Shown here piece by piece: positions 39,720-49,788 of a stretch of 64,000 bases of DNA. The stretch comes from Campylobacterota bacterium. Lineage in GTDB: Bacteria; Campylobacterota; Campylobacteria; Campylobacterales; Arcobacteraceae. How positions within the stretch are numbered: position 1 is the first letter of the stretch; the number at the start of each line of letters is the position of its first letter. The DNA is taken from the NCBI GenBank assembly GCA_051746405.1, contig JBNJFB010000002.1:17082-81081 (forward strand), given 5' to 3'. Position numbers and translations under genes: made by a program. The notes beneath the pieces were generated by a model. That model was not told the origin of the DNA. It made no database searches and worked only from the letters and a program-made list of their open reading frames with translations.

Positions 39720-41153
39720 TTAGCTATCTTTTTGTGCATCTTCAAAGTCAGCAAATTTGTCTTTTTTACCCCTTGCAATTACATGAATAGGAGTACCCTC
39801 AAAATTAAAGTTATCCCTTAGAGTATTTACTATATATCTTTTATATGAAAAGTGTAGTAAATTTGGTTTATTCATAATCAATGCCACTTTTGCAGGTTTT
39901 GTTGAAAATTGAGTTGCAAAATATATTCTAAGATAAGCACCATTTGGACTTGGTAAAGCATGTTTAATAATTGCTTGTTGAATTACTTCATTTAATCTTG
40001 ATGTTGGTACTCTTCTTATATAGTTTTCATGAATTTCTAGGATTTTATCTTTTAATCTTCCTATAGATCTACCTGTTTTAGCAGAAATTGCAACAATAGG
40101 TGCATACTCTAAAAATCTAAATCTTCTTCGAATCTCCTCTTGAAGTTTTTCAAAGGTATCCATATTTTCATCCCACTTATTTAAAACAATAATAGTCCCC
40201 AAACCATATTCATCAACTAAACCTGCAATTTTTTCATCTAAATCTGCAAATTTTTCAGTTGCATCTAATATAACAAGTGCAATATTTGCTTTTTCAAGCA
40301 TTGATTTTGTTCTCATTAATGCATATTTCTCAATACCATCAATTTTACCTCTTCTTCTTAGACCTGCTGTATCCACAAAAGTTATAGTTTTATCTTTATA
40401 CTCAAAAGATTCATTAACAGGATCAATAGTAGTCCCAGCTATTTCAGAAACAACTGATCTATTCTTTCCTATTAATGCATTTAATGTTGAAGATTTTCCA
40501 ACATTTACTTTACCAATAATGGCAACATTTATATTATGCTCATCATCTTCTTCTTGAGAGCTTATTTCTATATTTTCTACATCACTATTTTCATCAAGTT
40601 TTTCTAAAGCTTTTAGCTCTTCATTTGATAATTCAGGTTCTAAGTTTTCAGGAAGCTTATTATAGACCCATTGAAATAGATCTTTTGTTCCTCTATTATG
40701 TGATACAGAAATACCAATTAGATTTTCATCTGAAATACCAAACTCAAAAAACTCCCAAAGTCTCTCTTTTTCTTTGTCATTATCTATTTTATTTACAACT
40801 AAAGCTAAGTCTTTACCTAATCTTTGAAGCTCATAAAATAGTTCTTTATCTTTTTCATCAGGCAATTTTTTACCATCAACCATAAAAAGTATTATATCAG
40901 CCTCTTTTGCAGTCTGTACTGCATTGTCTTTTACTTTTGAAAAGATGGTGTGTTTTGTTTCTTCAATTCCACCTGTATCTAACATTAAAGCTGGTTTGTC
41001 AAAAATATCAATCTCTTGCTTTTTTACATCTCTTGTTGTACCTGCTAATTCAGATACAATTGCAATTCTTTGCTTCGCAATTCTATTAAAAAGTGAAGAC
41101 TTACCAACATTTGGTTGCCCAATTAATGCAATTTTTTTTAATTCGTTTTTCAT
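39720..41153 (-). CDS. der: Ribosome biogenesis GTPase Der
   Basis: Two tandem G domains (NVGKSS twice, GTT, DTxG, NKxD) and C-terminal GTP motif. Confidence 0.96.
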   Translation of the reverse strand: MKNELKKIALIGQPNVGKSSLFNRIAKQRIAIVSELAGTTRDVKKQEIDIFDKPALMLDTGGIEETKHTIFSKVKDNAVQTAKEADIILFMVDGKKLPDEKDKELFYELQRLGKDLALVVNKIDNDKEKERLWEFFEFGISDENLIGISVSHNRGTKDLFQWVYNKLPENLEPELSNEELKALEKLDENSDVENIEISSQEEDDEHNINVAIIGKVNVGKSSTLNALIGKNRSVVSEIAGTTIDPVNESFEYKDKTITFVDTAGLRRRGKIDGIEKYALMRTKSMLEKANIALVILDATEKFADLDEKIAGLVDEYGLGTIIVLNKWDENMDTFEKLQEEIRRRFRFLEYAPIVAISAKTGRSIGRLKDKILEIHENYIRRVPTSRLNEVIQQAIIKHALPSPNGAYLRIYFATQFSTKPAKVALIMNKPNLLHFSYKRYIVNTLRDNFNFEGTPIHVIARGKKDKFADFEDAQKDS

Positions 41154-41181
41154 TTACTCTTATTTCCTGTATTTATAAAAT

Positions 41182-41217
41182 AAAAAAGGCATTAGCACTT
41201 AAGCTAATACCTTTTTA
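41182..41217 (-). terminator. Rho-independent terminator of hpf
   Basis: Minus strand GGTATTAGC-TTAAGT-GCTAATGCC followed by TTTTTT. Confidence 0.75.
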
Positions 41218-41239
41218 TACTAAACTAACATATTATAGT

Positions 41240-41782
41240 TTAATATAACCCAAATTTACCTTCAAGAGATTTTTTGTAAAGTACTCTCATATTATCATCT
41301 TTATCAATAAATACTTTAAATAGTGCATCTGAAGCTTTTAACTCTTCTAATGCTTCTTCAATATCAACTGGTTTGTATGAAGTTAATTTAGCAGGTTCAA
41401 TCTCATCTTCAAATCTAGCTAACTCATTTGCTATTTCATCTTCAATCTCTTGTGATACCACTTCTGAAAGTTTTGTTGCTTTATGAGCAGTAATTTTATC
41501 ATGATGTCTTCTTAAAGCTTTAGATACTCTATCAACAGCGATATCAATAGCTGAATATAAATCTTTATCTTTTTGTTTAACAACAATTGTATCTAAGTGA
41601 GCTACATTTAAAGTAAATTCAAATGTAAATACTTTTTTACCTTTTCTATCTTCTTGCTCAATAATAGCATTAACTGAAATAATATCTAAGTTATATTTTT
41701 TGAATATTTCTATAGAACTATTGATGTAATCTTTAATTGGTTCAGTTAGGTCTAGATGTCTTCCTACAATACTTGTATTCAT
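41240..41782 (-). CDS. hpf: Long ribosome hibernation promoting factor
   Basis: GRHLDLTEPIKDY, DLYSAID...LRRHHDK and C-terminal IEEA...F.VF...VLYK...GL domain. Confidence 0.9.
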   Translation of the reverse strand: MNTSIVGRHLDLTEPIKDYINSSIEIFKKYNLDIISVNAIIEQEDRKGKKVFTFEFTLNVAHLDTIVVKQKDKDLYSAIDIAVDRVSKALRRHHDKITAHKATKLSEVVSQEIEDEIANELARFEDEIEPAKLTSYKPVDIEEALEELKASDALFKVFIDKDDNMRVLYKKSLEGKFGLY

Positions 41783-41895
41783 AACAAACTCCTTAATTAT
41801 AATTTATTTATTTTAACATAAAAAGATTAAATAAACCATACAATATATGCACAAAATGATGGTTTTATGGGCTTATACTATATTTACTTAGTATA

Positions 41896-44172
41896 TTAAA
41901 TTAAAATTTCTCTATTTCCTTTAGCATTTGCTTTTGATAGTACTCCCATTTGCTCTAATTGCTCTACAATAGTAGCAGCTCTGTTATACCCTATTCTTAA
42001 TTTTCTTTGAATATATGAGATTGATGTTTTTTTATCATTTAATACTACAGCTTTTGCATCTTCATATAACTCATCTAAATCAACCCCATCAGAACTAGTT
42101 GAGTCTCCACTTGAGATACTACTTGAGTTTTTATCTTTGATAAAGTTCATATCATATTCAACTTCCCTTTGGGATTTTAAAAACTCAACTACCTCTTCTA
42201 TTTCATCCTCTTTTGACCATGGAGCATGAATTCTAACAAGTCCTGACATCCCTGGAGGTGTAAATAACATATCACCTCTACCAAGTAGTGATTCTGCACC
42301 TAATGAGTCTAAAATAATTTTTGAATCAACCTTTTGTCCAACTTTATATGAAAGTCTACTAGGTAAATTAGCTTTAATAAGTCCTGTTACAACATCAACA
42401 GATGGTCTTTGTGTTGCAACAATTAAGTGAATACCCGAAGCCCTTGCCATTTGTGCTAATCTAGCTATAGAGTACTCAACATCTTTACCACTTGTCATCA
42501 TCAAATCAGATAATTCATCAATAACAACAACTATATAAGGTAACTTATCATATCCATCTTTTATTGCTTTTTCATTGTAGTTTTCAATATTTTTTGTTCT
42601 GGTTTTAGACATTAATGTATATCTTCTTTCCATTTCACTTACCATATTTGATAAAGCATTTATAGCATCTCCTGCTTTTGTAATAACAGGTGTTAATAGA
42701 TGTGGAATATCATTATACATTGAAAACTCTAACATTTTAGGATCAATCATAACAAGTCTTAAACTATCAGGAGAGTTTTTATATAACAAAGATAGAATCA
42801 TAGAGTTTATACCAACAGACTTACCTGAACCTGTAGTCCCTGCTATTAATAAGTGAGGTAACTTCTTTAAATCAGTTATAAAAGGTTTACCTACAATATC
42901 TTTTCCTAATATCATAGTAAGGGGTGATCTTGAATTTTGGAAAATTTCACTATCTAACATCTCTCTTAAAAAGATTATTTGACTATCTTCATTTGGAACT
43001 TCAATACCAACTACATCTTTTCCTGGAATTGGTGCTTGAATTCTAATAGTTTGAGCTTTAAGTGCCATAGCTAAGTCATCTTGCAAATTTAAAATTTTAC
43101 TAACTTTTACATTTGGTGCTGGTTTAAACTCAAAAGTAGTTACAACAGGTCCTGTATATGTTCGTACAACATCACCTTCAATTTTAAACATCGATAACTT
43201 ATCTAATAAATCATATATCTTTTGGTCAATTACTCCCTCTGATATTTTTGCTTTATTCTCTTTTGGTGGTTTTTGAAAGAACTTACTTGGTGGAAGTTTA
43301 AAATCTTTTGGTTTTTCTGTTTTACCAAGCTCTATATCTTCAAGTAGTTTTCTATTCTCTTCTAATTCATCTACTATTACACTTGTTGACTCAGGATGTA
43401 CGTCCACATCTATAAACTCTTGTTCTTGGCTAGTTTCATCTTCATTTTGTTTGTCTTGGGGATTACTACTTTTCTTTTCTTGATTATTTTCATCTTCTTG
43501 TACAATATTTACTTTTACTTCATCATTACTATTTTTATTTGCAAGCTCTTCAACTTTTTTTAATAACTCTTCATTACTTTGAATGTCATCTATTTTTATC
43601 TCTGCTGTATCACCTTTTTCTTTGACACTTATAGTCTGCTCTTTTTTTCTATTATTTTGCTCTTTTTTAACTTTTAGTCTATTTGTATTTTGCTTAGATT
43701 TATTTGTAGATGGCTTAATTGATGGTAGCTTTATATCTGAAAAGCTCATTTCACTATTTTCATATATAACTAAAAATGCAATGATATAACCAACTAATAC
43801 AAATATATATAATCCAGCTTCACCAATAAATGGGCTTAAAGACTCAATTAGAATATTTCCTATTTCACCACTGTAAACTCCCTGTTTTATCAATAGTGAT
43901 TGAAAAGTAAGTGATACTAAAAGTATTAAAAGCACTACACTTATATTTATAGCAAAATCTTTGTAATTAAAATCTTTTTTAAAATTTAAAGAGTAGATAG
44001 TATAAACAAATAAAAATAGATAAAAATATGCAAGAAATCCAAAATACTCTATTGAATAGTTTGCAAATATGTATCCAAATTTACCTACTATATCTTTGCT
44101 ACTAACAAATGTAGCAAACTCAAAATATACTATTACAAACAATATAATTAATGATATGATTTTTTTACTGAT
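41896..44172 (-). CDS. ftsK: DNA translocase FtsK
   Basis: N-terminal TMs, GTTGSGKS, IDE, ATQRPS and gamma domain (QRKLRIGYNRAA). Start is either TTG 44142 (track) or ATC 44172 (see findings). Confidence 0.95.
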   Translation of the reverse strand: MSKKIISLIILFVIVYFEFATFVSSKDIVGKFGYIFANYSIEYFGFLAYFYLFLFVYTIYSLNFKKDFNYKDFAINISVVLLILLVSLTFQSLLIKQGVYSGEIGNILIESLSPFIGEAGLYIFVLVGYIIAFLVIYENSEMSFSDIKLPSIKPSTNKSKQNTNRLKVKKEQNNRKKEQTISVKEKGDTAEIKIDDIQSNEELLKKVEELANKNSNDEVKVNIVQEDENNQEKKSSNPQDKQNEDETSQEQEFIDVDVHPESTSVIVDELEENRKLLEDIELGKTEKPKDFKLPPSKFFQKPPKENKAKISEGVIDQKIYDLLDKLSMFKIEGDVVRTYTGPVVTTFEFKPAPNVKVSKILNLQDDLAMALKAQTIRIQAPIPGKDVVGIEVPNEDSQIIFLREMLDSEIFQNSRSPLTMILGKDIVGKPFITDLKKLPHLLIAGTTGSGKSVGINSMILSLLYKNSPDSLRLVMIDPKMLEFSMYNDIPHLLTPVITKAGDAINALSNMVSEMERRYTLMSKTRTKNIENYNEKAIKDGYDKLPYIVVVIDELSDLMMTSGKDVEYSIARLAQMARASGIHLIVATQRPSVDVVTGLIKANLPSRLSYKVGQKVDSKIILDSLGAESLLGRGDMLFTPPGMSGLVRIHAPWSKEDEIEEVVEFLKSQREVEYDMNFIKDKNSSSISSGDSTSSDGVDLDELYEDAKAVVLNDKKTSISYIQRKLRIGYNRAATIVEQLEQMGVLSKANAKGNREILI

Positions 44173-44184
44173 ATTAAAGCCTTT

Positions 44185-45132
44185 TTATTTTAATAGTTTT
44201 GCAATTTTACCTTGAAGCTTTAGCCAAACTCTATGCTCCATAAGGGGGAAACCTGCCCATGATTTTTTTGGTTCTTTTATGCTTTTTGTAACACCACCAC
44301 GTGCAGCTATTGTAGTAAAAGGTGCAATTTCCAAGTGTCCTGCTGTCGCACTTTGTCCACCCATTATGACATACTCATTTAAAGTAGTAGAGCCAGATAA
44401 ACCAACCTGACCTGTTAAAATACATCCCGTTTTTAATATACAGTTATGGGCTATATGTACAAGATTATCAATTCTAACACCTGATTCAATTATAGTTGAT
44501 TTAAAAACTGCTCTGTCTATACTACAGTTTGCACCTATTTCCACATCATTTCCAATTTTAACATTTCCATTTTGATATATTTTAATATACTTTCCATCTT
44601 TTGTATTTGCAAAACCAAATCCATCACTTCCTATTACAGTTCCTGAATGAATAATAGTGTCACTACCAATTTCACAATCCCTATAAACTGTTACATTTGC
44701 ATAGATAATAGTATTATCTCCAATTGTTACATTATCACCTATAAAAGAACCTGCCATAATTGTACAATTATTACCTATTTTTGTATTTTTTCCTAAAAAG
44801 ACATTTTCCATAACTGTTGTATTTTCACCAACAATAGGTTCATCACCTAAGGTTTCTAAAAGTTTAGAAGAAAAAAGTTTAGAAGCTTTTGCTAAATTTA
44901 AATAAGGCTCATCACAAACCAAAGCTATTGTATTTTTTGGAACAAAACTTTCATACTCTTTTTTAATTAAAACAGCAGCTGCTTTTGTATTTTTTAAATC
45001 ATTTAAATATTTTTTATTCTCTAAAAAAGTAAGTTCAGTTTGTGTTGAGTCTTTTAGGGTATTTAATCCAGTAATTTTATTTGATAAATCACACTTTAGT
45101 TCTAAGCTTTTTGCAATTTCATTTAAAGTCAT
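44185..45132 (-). CDS. lpxD: UDP-3-O-acylglucosamine N-acyltransferase
   Basis: Hexapeptide repeats, GSDGFGF, IDR and IDNLVHIAHN. Confidence 0.95.
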   Translation of the reverse strand: MTLNEIAKSLELKCDLSNKITGLNTLKDSTQTELTFLENKKYLNDLKNTKAAAVLIKKEYESFVPKNTIALVCDEPYLNLAKASKLFSSKLLETLGDEPIVGENTTVMENVFLGKNTKIGNNCTIMAGSFIGDNVTIGDNTIIYANVTVYRDCEIGSDTIIHSGTVIGSDGFGFANTKDGKYIKIYQNGNVKIGNDVEIGANCSIDRAVFKSTIIESGVRIDNLVHIAHNCILKTGCILTGQVGLSGSTTLNEYVIMGGQSATAGHLEIAPFTTIAARGGVTKSIKEPKKSWAGFPLMEHRVWLKLQGKIAKLLK

Positions 45133-45156
45133 ATAATTCCTTTTGATTATATAAAA

Positions 45157-45180
45157 AGATAAGAGTAAAAACTCTTATCT
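45157..45180 (-). terminator. Hairpin overlapping the ilvH stop, probable terminator
   Basis: AGATAAGAGT-AAAA-ACTCTTATCT perfect 10-bp inverted repeat followed by a T-tract on the minus strand. Confidence 0.6.
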
Positions 45181-45672
45181 CTCCATTGCAACAATACCAC
45201 TTCTTACTGTTTCAAGTGGATTGAATTTTTGCATAATCTTTATAAAGTTCATAATTCTTGAAGAAGAGTCAGTTGCAGATACTATAATAGCCTCATGTGT
45301 TACATTTTGAATAGAACCATGATAAGCTCTTGCAATTACATCAATATCAGACAAATCATTTTCAATAGAAAACTTCATAATAACTGTATCTTTTTCAATT
45401 ACATCTCTATGTTCATTTACTTTTAATACAGGGATTAGTTTATTTAGTTGCTTTATAATTTGGTCAATTACTCTTTTATCACCTGTGGTAACAATGGTCA
45501 TTCTTGAATACTCACTAGCTTCAATAGGAGCTACTGTTAATGAATCAATATTGTAACCTCTTGCAGAGAACAGTCCAACAATTCTTGATAATACATTATG
45601 TTCATTTAAAACAATTACAGAAATAACTCTTCTTGTTGTAACAGAATCATAATAATGGTTAAAATTATTCAT
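45175..45672 (-). CDS. ilvH: Acetolactate synthase small subunit
   Basis: VLSRIVGLFSARGYNIDSLTV and QIIKQLNKLI. Confidence 0.94.
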   Translation of the reverse strand: MNNFNHYYDSVTTRRVISVIVLNEHNVLSRIVGLFSARGYNIDSLTVAPIEASEYSRMTIVTTGDKRVIDQIIKQLNKLIPVLKVNEHRDVIEKDTVIMKFSIENDLSDIDVIARAYHGSIQNVTHEAIIVSATDSSSRIMNFIKIMQKFNPLETVRSGIVAMER

Positions 45673-47372
45673 TACTTCACTCCTTCAATTAAAGTCATCT
45701 CATTTAAAGCATGACCATTTGGTACCATTGGAAGTACATCTTCATTTCTTTCTACAATTACATCAATCATTGCAGGTTTCTTTTGTTTAATTGCTTCTTT
45801 TAAAGCAATATCAAACTCTTCTTTAGTTGAAACTCTAAATCCAATACCACCAAAAGCCTCAATAAGCTTTACAAAATCAGGTTGACTAGATAAATCAGTT
45901 TCTGAAAGTCTATTTTCATAAAACATAGTTTGCCATTGTCTTACCATACCTAAATAGTTATTATTTAAAATAATATTTATTACAGGTATATTATTTTGAA
46001 CACACGTCATAAGCTCTTGTATATTCATCAAAATAGAACCATCACCTGTAATATTTACAGAGTATTTATCAGTTCCCTGGATTGCTTTAGCAACACCCAT
46101 AGCAGCAGGAAGTCCAAACCCCATTGTACCTAATCCACCAGAGGTTATCCACTGTCTTGGATAAGAGAATGGGTAAAATTGTGCTGTCCACATTTGATGC
46201 TGTCCCACATCAGTTGAAACTATTGCTTTTTCACCTAAAAGCTCACCAACTCTTTTTATAGGCCATTGAGGCTTAATAACTTTATCTGAATCATTAAATC
46301 TTAAAGGCTCTTTTTGTCTATACTCCCTTAATAATTCAACCCAGTTTGTATAGTCATTAAAACTATCATCATCTTTTGATGAATCAATCATACCTTGAAC
46401 TGTAGTTTTTAGATCACCAACAATTGGATAATCAGGTCCTACAATTTTAGCTATACTAGATGGATCAATATCCACATGTATAATTTTTGCTTTTGAAGCA
46501 AACTCATCTAATCTTCCTGTAACCCTATCATCAAACCTAGCTCCAAGTGAAATCAATAAATCAGTCTCATAAGCTGCCATATTAGCAGCAAACTCACCAT
46601 GCATTCCAAGCATACCAAAGAATAGTGGATTTTCATCCCCCATTACACCCCTTGCCATTAACGTTTCAACAGCAGGTATATTTTTGAGTTTTGCGAACTC
46701 TTTTATTTCATGGGCACAGTTTGAAAGAACAGCTCCACCACCTATATAAAGTAGTGGTTTTTTAGCACTCTTTATAGCATTCATAGCCTTTTTTAACTGC
46801 TTTTTATTGTAGTTAACTGTAGGCTTATATGTTGGTAAGTGAACTTGATCTGGATATACAAAATCTCCTGTTTGAGCAGTGATATCTTTTGGTATATCAA
46901 CATGAACAGGACCTGGTCTTCCAGTACTAGCTATATGAAATGCTTCTGTAATTATTCTTGGTAAATCTTCAATTCTATTTACCAAATAATTATGTTTAGT
47001 ACATGGTCTGCTAATTCCAACTGCATCAATCTCTTGAAAACCATCGGTTCCAATTATTGTAGTAGGAACTTGTCCTGATATTACAACTAATGGAATAGAG
47101 TCCATATAAGCAGTTGCTAATCCAGTTACAGCATTTGTAAATCCTGGACCTGATGTTACTATTGCAACACCTACTTTTCCTGTTGACCTTGCATAACCTT
47201 CAGCTGCATGAATAGATGCTTGTTCGTGTCTATTTAATATATGTTCAAAATAGTTTTGTTTATAGATTTCATCATAGACGTTCATGATAGCGCCTCCAGG
47301 GTAACCAAAGACAGTTTTAACCCCTTCTTTGTGTAATGATTCGATAACCATTTTTGCGCCAGTCATTTTCAT
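45672..47372 (-). CDS. ilvI: Acetolactate synthase large subunit
   Basis: FGYPGG, RHEQ, TSGPG, DVGQHQMW and the GDGS...NN TPP motif. Confidence 0.96.
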   Translation of the reverse strand: MKMTGAKMVIESLHKEGVKTVFGYPGGAIMNVYDEIYKQNYFEHILNRHEQASIHAAEGYARSTGKVGVAIVTSGPGFTNAVTGLATAYMDSIPLVVISGQVPTTIIGTDGFQEIDAVGISRPCTKHNYLVNRIEDLPRIITEAFHIASTGRPGPVHVDIPKDITAQTGDFVYPDQVHLPTYKPTVNYNKKQLKKAMNAIKSAKKPLLYIGGGAVLSNCAHEIKEFAKLKNIPAVETLMARGVMGDENPLFFGMLGMHGEFAANMAAYETDLLISLGARFDDRVTGRLDEFASKAKIIHVDIDPSSIAKIVGPDYPIVGDLKTTVQGMIDSSKDDDSFNDYTNWVELLREYRQKEPLRFNDSDKVIKPQWPIKRVGELLGEKAIVSTDVGQHQMWTAQFYPFSYPRQWITSGGLGTMGFGLPAAMGVAKAIQGTDKYSVNITGDGSILMNIQELMTCVQNNIPVINIILNNNYLGMVRQWQTMFYENRLSETDLSSQPDFVKLIEAFGGIGFRVSTKEEFDIALKEAIKQKKPAMIDVIVERNEDVLPMVPNGHALNEMTLIEGVK

Positions 47373-47493
47373 ATTAATTCTCCATTTTAAAATAAGTAGG
47401 TATTATATTTAAAACAATATTAATTATCCTTTATGCTTGTGGACTTTTTATTTATTTTATTGTATACTAAGGTTAATAATTAAGGAGTCTAAG

Positions 47494-48300
47494 ATGGAAA
47501 TAAATAGTATTAACAATAACATCACCAATCTAAATAATACTCCCTCCCTCCAGCTTAATAAATCAGCTGCTAATAATCAAATTGAAAAAGTAGAAAATGG
47601 TTCCTTAAACTTATCAGTAAATCAATACAATAATAAAAGAGATGAGTTATCACTAAATATACAATCAATAAATGAAGGCTTAGCAATAAGTAAAATATCT
47701 CAAAATGCACTAGATAAGCAGCAAGATTTTTTAAAAGATATTAAAGACAATTTACAAAAAATGCAAAGCAATGATATAAATTTGCATCAAAAAGATCAAC
47801 TTAAACAAGATGTGACAAATGATTTAAGAAACTTCAATGAAGTTGCTTTTGAAACAAAATATAAAAATCAGCTATTATTAACTGACCAAAATGATGAACA
47901 ATATAATCAAGTAGAGATAAGTACTAGTACAAATAGCTTTACTATGCAAACTCCAAATACTTCAGAGTTTGCAAACAATATTTTTAATGAACTAAACAAC
48001 TCAAATATAAGTAACCCAAATCAGATACAAAATGTAGTTGAAGAAGTTGATAGAACGTCTACACAAATTGAAAACATCTCCACAAGCTTTGAAGAGTTTG
48101 AAAATCAATTAAAAGATAGTGCAAAAGAGAATATCAAAACCCAACAAGAGCTTTTTACTCAAAATAAATCTAATCAAAATAGAGACTTTGGAAGAGATTC
48201 CACTGATTTTAATAAAACAAATATAAATGCAAATGCTGGATATCTAGCAGCATCTCAAGCTAATATTGTCCAAGAGCAGAGTATAAGACTTCTTTCTTAG
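47494..48300 (+). CDS. Divergent short flagellin-like protein
   Basis: AAGGAG RBS before ATG 47494; INEGLAISKISQNAL (D1-like) and DFGRDSTDF...AGYLAASQAN...RLLS (C-terminal D0-like). Confidence 0.75.
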   Translation: MEINSINNNITNLNNTPSLQLNKSAANNQIEKVENGSLNLSVNQYNNKRDELSLNIQSINEGLAISKISQNALDKQQDFLKDIKDNLQKMQSNDINLHQKDQLKQDVTNDLRNFNEVAFETKYKNQLLLTDQNDEQYNQVEISTSTNSFTMQTPNTSEFANNIFNELNNSNISNPNQIQNVVEEVDRTSTQIENISTSFEEFENQLKDSAKENIKTQQELFTQNKSNQNRDFGRDSTDFNKTNINANAGYLAASQANIVQEQSIRLLS

Positions 48301-49214
48301 TCTTTACACTTTTTTATACACTCATTTATAGCTACACCCTCTCTTAACCCGTCATCTAAAACTATTGATTGGGTTTTTTCTAAAACCTCAAATATAGCTT
48401 GATAAATAAAAACCCCAACCTCAATAAACTCAACTCTTCCACTTCCTACAAGTTTTACAACTTCATCTTTTGAAGAGTTTTTTAAAAGTGTTAGGCATGA
48501 TTGTAAGTCATCAAGATTTACAGTTGTACCATTAACTTCTTCCTTATCATAAGAAAAGAAGTCTTGTCCTAGTTTCAATGCTGCTACTGTGGTTGGAGTT
48601 CCTGCTGTTGCTACAAAGTTATACTCTTGTAAATCTAGCTCTAAATCATCTAAAAAACTTTTAACTTCTTCTTTTCTTTTATCTAAATCATTTTGTAAAT
48701 CATGGGCATGAATATAGCCTTGAGTCATTGTAACTATACCAAAATCAAAACTTTTTGCTATATAGTTATCTTTTGTTGATACTATTAGTTCTGTTGAACC
48801 ACCACCTATATCAAGAAGTATAAATTTACTAGAATCAATAGACTCTCTTTGTAAAGCATATTTAACAGCTAAAAGAGTTAACCTAGCCTCCTCATTTCCA
48901 TCAATAATATGAAAGTCAACACCTGTTTTTTTATAAATAGTATCTAATACACTTTGACTATTTTTTGCTTTTCTCATAGCAGCTGTTGTAACAGCAATAG
49001 CTTTTGATGGATTATAATTAAACTTTTTAATAGTTTTTAATATAGCATCTATTACCCTTTGTTGGGCATTTTTTGAAATCTCACCTGTTTTAATCAAACC
49101 ATCTGCTAATCCCACAACTTCATTATGTTCAATAATTGATTTTTTGTTTACACAATCATACTTTAGTACTCTAAAAGAGTTTGAACCCAAATCAATACTT
49201 ATTAACTCTTGCAT
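48297..49214 (-). CDS. Ppx/GppA phosphatase (short form)
   Basis: IDLGSNSFR, TAAMR, EEARL, DIGGGSTE and GLREG. Confidence 0.9.
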   Translation of the reverse strand: MQELISIDLGSNSFRVLKYDCVNKKSIIEHNEVVGLADGLIKTGEISKNAQQRVIDAILKTIKKFNYNPSKAIAVTTAAMRKAKNSQSVLDTIYKKTGVDFHIIDGNEEARLTLLAVKYALQRESIDSSKFILLDIGGGSTELIVSTKDNYIAKSFDFGIVTMTQGYIHAHDLQNDLDKRKEEVKSFLDDLELDLQEYNFVATAGTPTTVAALKLGQDFFSYDKEEVNGTTVNLDDLQSCLTLLKNSSKDEVVKLVGSGRVEFIEVGVFIYQAIFEVLEKTQSIVLDDGLREGVAINECIKKCKD

Positions 49215-49230
49215 ACTTTATGCCTTAATA

Positions 49231-49788
49231 CTACAAGTGTGGTATTTTGATTTTAGAATTCAATAAGTAACCTATTATAATCATTAAAATCAATACAATA
49301 TTTTCATTAATAATACCTGTTAAATAAACAAGATATATAACCCATAATAAAATTGCACCTAAAGGTGTTGGAATACCTGTAAAATATTTTTCATATTCAC
49401 CCTCTTTTGCGGATATGTTAAACTGAATCAACCTTCTTAATCCTGCAATAATATAAAAAACAAATGCAAAAACAACCAAAGGTGTAAATAGCATAAGCTC
49501 TTTTGTATCAATAACAGCAAAGTAGATAAACATTGTAGGAACAATTACAAAAGATAAAAAGTCTGCATATGAGTCTAGCTGTATTCCAAACTCAGTTGAA
49601 AGATTATACTTTCTTGCAATTTTCCCATCAACGATATCAAATCCACCTGCAAGCCAAGCAAAAAGTGCTGCTGCAAAAAACTCATTATGTGTTAAAAAAT
49701 ATATTGCAAATATCCCTGATGCTATATTAAAAAATGTAACTATATTTGCTAAATTAAAATGATTATTCTTGTTAAACAAAAATGTCAT
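49231..49788 (-). CDS. CDP-alcohol phosphatidyltransferase (PssA-like)
   Basis: DxxDGxxAR...G..LDS.AD and FTGIPTP. Confidence 0.88.
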   Translation of the reverse strand: MTFLFNKNNHFNLANIVTFFNIASGIFAIYFLTHNEFFAAALFAWLAGGFDIVDGKIARKYNLSTEFGIQLDSYADFLSFVIVPTMFIYFAVIDTKELMLFTPLVVFAFVFYIIAGLRRLIQFNISAKEGEYEKYFTGIPTPLGAILLWVIYLVYLTGIINENIVLILMIIIGYLLNSKIKIPHL

